From the NCBI GenBank assembly GCA_943359525.1, contig CALRHV010000001.1:7181-71180 (forward strand): a DNA stretch of 64,000 nucleotides, in the 5' to 3' direction. Position numbers and translations under genes: made by a program. Below are positions 60,080 to 64,000 of this stretch, one piece after another. The first letter of the stretch is position 1; each line of letters begins with the position of its first letter. This DNA is from Candidatus Uhrbacteria bacterium. GTDB taxonomy: Bacteria; Patescibacteriota; Patescibacteriia; UBA9934. Under the pieces are notes generated by a model that searched no databases, was not told the origin of the DNA, and saw only the letters and a program-made list of their open reading frames with translations.

Positions 60080-61354
60080 ATGCCATACGATATTTGTATT
60101 ATAGGCGCGAGCTTTTCTGGACTGACCCTCGCCCATCATCTTCCAAAAGAACTCAGCGTCCTCATCGTCGACGCGAAGCCGGAAGCAGGATCGACGGTTG
60201 AATCAACGGGACTTATTACCGTCAAAACTCGCGACGAATTCGCGACGTTTTTCCCGATCCATGATTTCATCACGAACCCTATTTCCGCGATTGCTGTCAT
60301 CGCGCCAGGACTCGAGGACATGTTCGTCTCAACTGTGCCCGAACCATGGATTTATCAGACAGATACCAAAGCGCTCGTGAAAGCGCTCGCCGATCGCTTG
60401 CCGCCGAATGTGACACTCCGAACGAAGACGGTATTCCTCGGAGTTAATAATACTGATCAGCCGACCAGGGTTCGTGTGCGATCGCTGGGCTCCGATGAAG
60501 AGGAGATCGATATTGCGTTCCTCGTTGGCGCCGACGGCGGGCATTCGAAAGTTGCGCAATGCGTGAATGGACTATCGAAAAATACGAAGTTTCTCTTCGG
60601 CTACGAACAAGTGTTCTTCGGAGATGTTTTGCGAGGCCCGAAACCGGAGGAAACGATCTTTCACTATTGGTTCGGCGAGTTCTCGCTTGGGTACGGCGGA
60701 TGGCTGTCGCCAACTATTGTTGATGGAAAGAAAGCATTCCGCATCGGGCTCGCAAAGATGATGAAAGATCGCGGGGATGCAAAACAGCTCACGGAAACAT
60801 TCGTCAAGCAGCTTGTTGATCGCGGCGATATTCGGATTGATGGTGATGTTACGAAACCTGGATATGTATTTGGAAGTCATATTCCCATCGGCGGAACGCG
60901 TTCAAAGATTTCGAAAAACAACGTGCTCCTCATTGGTGACGCCGCCGGATTCTGCGGAGCGTTTGCAGCCGACGGTATTAAGGGATCGGTGATTTCGGGA
61001 AAGGAAGCCGCAATTCTCATTCCACAGTTTCTTCGAGGAAAAACTGATGCGCTCGATCAACTTCACACACGAATGAACACCCACGGCGGCATCATGAGCT
61101 ACTACCGCCGGCAAATGCTGTATCGATTCATTTGGAGCGTGATGCAAAGGAACCGAACATTCCGCGCAATGTACGACATTATCGCCGTAGAACACGCAAC
61201 GTTCCTGGATCAATTTTGTGATAGTAAAGACAAGCACCGCAGCCTCGCGTGGACGGTGTTAAAGTGGAGGCATACGGCGAAGCTGATACGGTACTCGGCG
61301 TATTGGGCGTACGATGCGGTGTTATGGTTATTACAGAAGACAAAACTGAACTGA
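60080..61354 (+). CDS. Geranylgeranyl-reductase-like FAD-dependent oxidoreductase
   Basis: 'YDICIIGASFSGL', 'VGADGGHS', 'LIGDAAG'. Confidence 0.82.
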   Translation: MPYDICIIGASFSGLTLAHHLPKELSVLIVDAKPEAGSTVESTGLITVKTRDEFATFFPIHDFITNPISAIAVIAPGLEDMFVSTVPEPWIYQTDTKALVKALADRLPPNVTLRTKTVFLGVNNTDQPTRVRVRSLGSDEEEIDIAFLVGADGGHSKVAQCVNGLSKNTKFLFGYEQVFFGDVLRGPKPEETIFHYWFGEFSLGYGGWLSPTIVDGKKAFRIGLAKMMKDRGDAKQLTETFVKQLVDRGDIRIDGDVTKPGYVFGSHIPIGGTRSKISKNNVLLIGDAAGFCGAFAADGIKGSVISGKEAAILIPQFLRGKTDALDQLHTRMNTHGGIMSYYRRQMLYRFIWSVMQRNRTFRAMYDIIAVEHATFLDQFCDSKDKHRSLAWTVLKWRHTAKLIRYSAYWAYDAVLWLLQKTKLN

Positions 61355-61630
61355 TCCTTTGAGGATTGGAATGGAGAAATGCAGTGCGATATGTGTGACT
61401 TGCCCAGCTTGGGTGTGCAATTTTGCATTTCTCGAGTGTAAAGACCTCTTTACATTCCTTTTGCAACTTTTATTGGGCTTTTCGATCGAAGAAGTGTAAA
61501 CTCCTCTTTACACTCCTGGATTGTGAAATTGAACACCCCAAGCCACCGATAATACCACCGTCTCGTCGCCACAACCCCATTAAAAGATCAAGATCACTCC
61601 CCTCCCAACCCATTCCAAGATTCAGTTCAC
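61346..61630 (+). repeat. Intergenic TIR/twin-palindrome element, copy E4
   Basis: TIRs CTGAACTGATCCTTTG.. / ..CCAAGATTCAGTTCA; palindromes at 61436-61455 and 61494-61513 (TGTAAA-N6-TTTACA). Confidence 0.75.
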
Positions 61631-61641
61631 TTCATATTCCT

Positions 61642-61857
61642 ATGCCCCTCCGATATATCTCTCGACTGAACTTCTATCGATCCTCCGATCGGATCTCCCA
61701 GCTCGCTCTCTCAAAGGCGCTCGGAGTCTCCCGTCAAACACTTTCTGCATTGGAATCTGGAAAAACCCAGCCAACATTGCTCATTGCTCATAAAATCGCC
61801 GCATACTTCGCGATTCCGATCGAGGATATCTTCTCCTTTAAGGATCTCAAATCCTAA
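61642..61857 (+). CDS. XRE/Cro-type HTH transcriptional regulator (71 aa), paralog of 49375..49590
   Basis: 'SQLALSKALGVSRQTLSALESGKTQPTL..AHKIAAYF..PIEDIF'. Confidence 0.88.
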   Translation: MPLRYISRLNFYRSSDRISQLALSKALGVSRQTLSALESGKTQPTLLIAHKIAAYFAIPIEDIFSFKDLKS

Positions 61858-61948
61858 ACACTATCCCCGTCATTCCTTGACCCCAATCCCAAAAACTGGC
61901 ATACTTTGGCCAAGTTTTGGGGCATTGCCCCTTTTGATTTTCGCCAGT

Positions 61949-63748
61949 ATGGAATTTCGCAACATCGCAATTATCGCTCACGTTGACCACGGCAAGACCA
62001 CCTTGGTCGACGCCATGCTCAAGCAGTCCGGAACCTTCACGGATCGCGATGTTATCCAGGACTGTGTCATGGATAGCAATGAATTGGAGCGCGAACGCGG
62101 CATCACCATTTATGCCAAGAACACCGCGATCATGGTGGACGGCATCAAAATCAACATCGTGGACACCCCAGGCCACGCCGACTTTGGAAGCGAGGTTGAG
62201 CGCGTGCTCCGCATGGTGGACTCGGTGCTTATTCTCGTCGATGCGTACGAAGGCCCAATGCCACAAACGAAGTTCGTGCTCCGCAAGAGTCTCGCGCTCG
62301 GCTTGAAGCCAATCGTCGTTATTAACAAAATCGACAAACCAACCGCACGCCCAGATCACGTGCTGAACATGATTTTCGACCTTTTCGTGGAACTTGGCGC
62401 AACCGATGCACAGCTCGACTTTAAGCACATCTACACTATTGGTCGTGACGGCGTTGCAAAAATGGAACTTTCCGACGAAAGCAAGGATCTTCGTCCCCTC
62501 TTCGACCTCATTTTGAAGACGGTTCCCCCAGCGCAGAGCAACACCACAGCGCCAATGCGCATGCAGGTTGCAAACTTGAAGTACGACAACTACGTCGGTC
62601 GTATCGGTGTAGGTCGTATTGTTGAAGGAATCATCAAAAGCGGAATGAGTGTCACTGTTATTAAACAAGACGGTACCCGCGAAACACAAAAAGTCACCAA
62701 GCTCTACACGCACAAAGGCTTACAGAAAGTAGAGGTTGAGACTGCTGAAGCCGGAGACATTGTGCAGGTTGCTGGTATCCCAAATATCTACGTAGGTGAA
62801 ACCATCGCGGAAAAAGCAGATGCAGAAGCATTGCCAACACTTTCCATTGACGCACCAACGCTTGCCATGAACTTCATGGTGAACGATTCCCCATTCGCTG
62901 GCCGCGAAGGAACGCTTGTGACATCGCGTCAGATTCGTGACCGTTTGGAACGCGAGCTTGAAGTAAACGTTGGCTTGCACGTGGAATTCCCAAGCGCTGG
63001 AGACGATTTCAAAGTCTCTGGTCGTGGTGAAATGCACCTTTCTGTTCTTATCGAACAAATGCGCCGTGAAGGGTTCGAACTGCAGGTTTCCCAGCCAGAA
63101 GTTATTATGCGCGAGGAAAATGGCGTAAAAATGGAACCAATGGAAGCCATCATCGTCGACGTCCCAGATGAATACTCTGGAACCGTCATTGAAAAGCTCG
63201 GCAAGCGCAAAGGCGAAATGACGAATCTCATGAGCGAAAATGGTTCAACACGACTGGAGTACGTCATGCCAACACGTGGATTGCTCGGCTACCGCACAGA
63301 GTTCATGACCGATACGAAAGGCGAAGGAACACTTTCCCACATCTTCTCGCACTACGCCGCACACAAAGGCGAAATCAATCGCCGTTCTACAGGAAGCATC
63401 ATTTCTGGATTCCCTGGAACCACCACTCCATACGCTCTTGCAATGGTTCAGGAACGCGGCCCACTGTTCGTCGCCCCTGGAACGGAAGTGTACGAAGGCA
63501 TGGTGATTGGTGCATCCATGAAAGAGACAATGACCGTGAACCCAGTGCGTGAAAAGAAACTCACCAACATGCGTGCATCGAGCGCCGACCACATCGTCGT
63601 TATGGTTCCGCCAATCGACATGAACCTTGAACGCTCCCTGGAATACATCGACCGCGACGAATACGTTGAAGTCACCCCAAAGAACGTCCGCATCCGCAAA
63701 CAACACCTCACCGAACACGGCCGAAAGAAAGCTGGAAACACGGCGTAA
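61949..63748 (+). CDS. typA: Translational GTPase TypA/BipA
   Basis: '[18 protein letters not shown]', 'DTPGHADFG', 'GRGEMHL', '[11 protein letters not shown]'. Confidence 0.97.
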   Translation: MEFRNIAIIAHVDHGKTTLVDAMLKQSGTFTDRDVIQDCVMDSNELERERGITIYAKNTAIMVDGIKINIVDTPGHADFGSEVERVLRMVDSVLILVDAYEGPMPQTKFVLRKSLALGLKPIVVINKIDKPTARPDHVLNMIFDLFVELGATDAQLDFKHIYTIGRDGVAKMELSDESKDLRPLFDLILKTVPPAQSNTTAPMRMQVANLKYDNYVGRIGVGRIVEGIIKSGMSVTVIKQDGTRETQKVTKLYTHKGLQKVEVETAEAGDIVQVAGIPNIYVGETIAEKADAEALPTLSIDAPTLAMNFMVNDSPFAGREGTLVTSRQIRDRLERELEVNVGLHVEFPSAGDDFKVSGRGEMHLSVLIEQMRREGFELQVSQPEVIMREENGVKMEPMEAIIVDVPDEYSGTVIEKLGKRKGEMTNLMSENGSTRLEYVMPTRGLLGYRTEFMTDTKGEGTLSHIFSHYAAHKGEINRRSTGSIISGFPGTTTPYALAMVQERGPLFVAPGTEVYEGMVIGASMKETMTVNPVREKKLTNMRASSADHIVVMVPPIDMNLERSLEYIDRDEYVEVTPKNVRIRKQHLTEHGRKKAGNTA

Positions 63749-63755
63749 TTCACAC

Positions 63756-63790
63756 AAAAAAACCGGACTCATCATGAGTCCGGTTTTTTT
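63756..63790. terminator. Bidirectional intrinsic terminator
   Basis: A7-CCGGACTCA-..-TGAGTCCGG-T7 between convergent typA and rpoD. Confidence 0.85.
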
Positions 63791-63802
63791 ACTTATCGAT
63801 CG

Positions 63803-64000
63803 TTAGTAATCCCTCAACTTCTGAATAATATCCTTCTGCTGAATTTTTTCGAGTGCCTTTGCTTCAATCTGACGAATGCGTTCGCGGGTGACGTCGAATT
63901 CGCGACCAACTTCTTCCAAGGTGTGTGAGACGCCGTCTTCAAGGCCGAAACGCATTTCGAGAATCTTCTGTTCGCGAGGGGTGAGATCACGCATTGCCTC
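63803..64000 (-). CDS. rpoD: RNA polymerase sigma-70 factor, region 4 (partial; 5' part outside the window)
   Basis: '[15 protein letters not shown]', '[24 protein letters not shown]'. Confidence 0.88.
   Translation of the reverse strand, partial: EAMRDLTPREQKILEMRFGLEDGVSHTLEEVGREFDVTRERIRQIEAKALEKIQQKDIIQKLRDY

Overview
Gene-dense chromosomal segment from a bacterium. It is most likely Patescibacteria/CPR (Parcubacteria-like); this is inferred from lineage-typical families (DUF5663-, DUF5671- and CxxC-x17-CxxC-like proteins, surface proteins with 'VYY..DGKRH.F' repeats, archaeal-type ProRS) and from mostly Shine-Dalgarno-less starts. Core content: mreB-mreC-mreD-like-mrdA, a UvrD/PD-(D/E)XK helicase-nuclease, a complete F1Fo ATP synthase operon, tatD, metG, rsmI, ahpC, pepA, proS, msrB, greA, a two-component system, two ABC-F ATPases, trhO, engB, tRNA-Asn, typA and the 3' end of rpoD. 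The most unusual signals are non-coding. (1) A ~750-nt ORF-poor, heavily base-paired unit (34012-34766, minus strand) with its own consensus sigma70 promoter and intrinsic terminator, a candidate large structured ncRNA. (2) Four copies of a ~270-285-bp intergenic element with terminal inverted repeats and twin TGT-N12-ACA palindromes 56-58 bp apart; the palindrome sequence differs between copies, and two copies sit directly upstream of paralogous 71-aa XRE regulators. (3) A leader-peptide/antiterminator attenuator in front of an orphan gene. Also notable: HyfB/HyfF-like antiporter subunits in which the proton-path charged residues appear largely replaced, a toxin-antitoxin islet bracketed by a duplicated ahpC 3' end, a giant effector-like gene coupled to a HAD+PRTase-like enzyme, REP-like repeats (one in frame inside a gene), and small unannotated ORFs. 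All product calls come from motif recognition by eye; no database searches were run.
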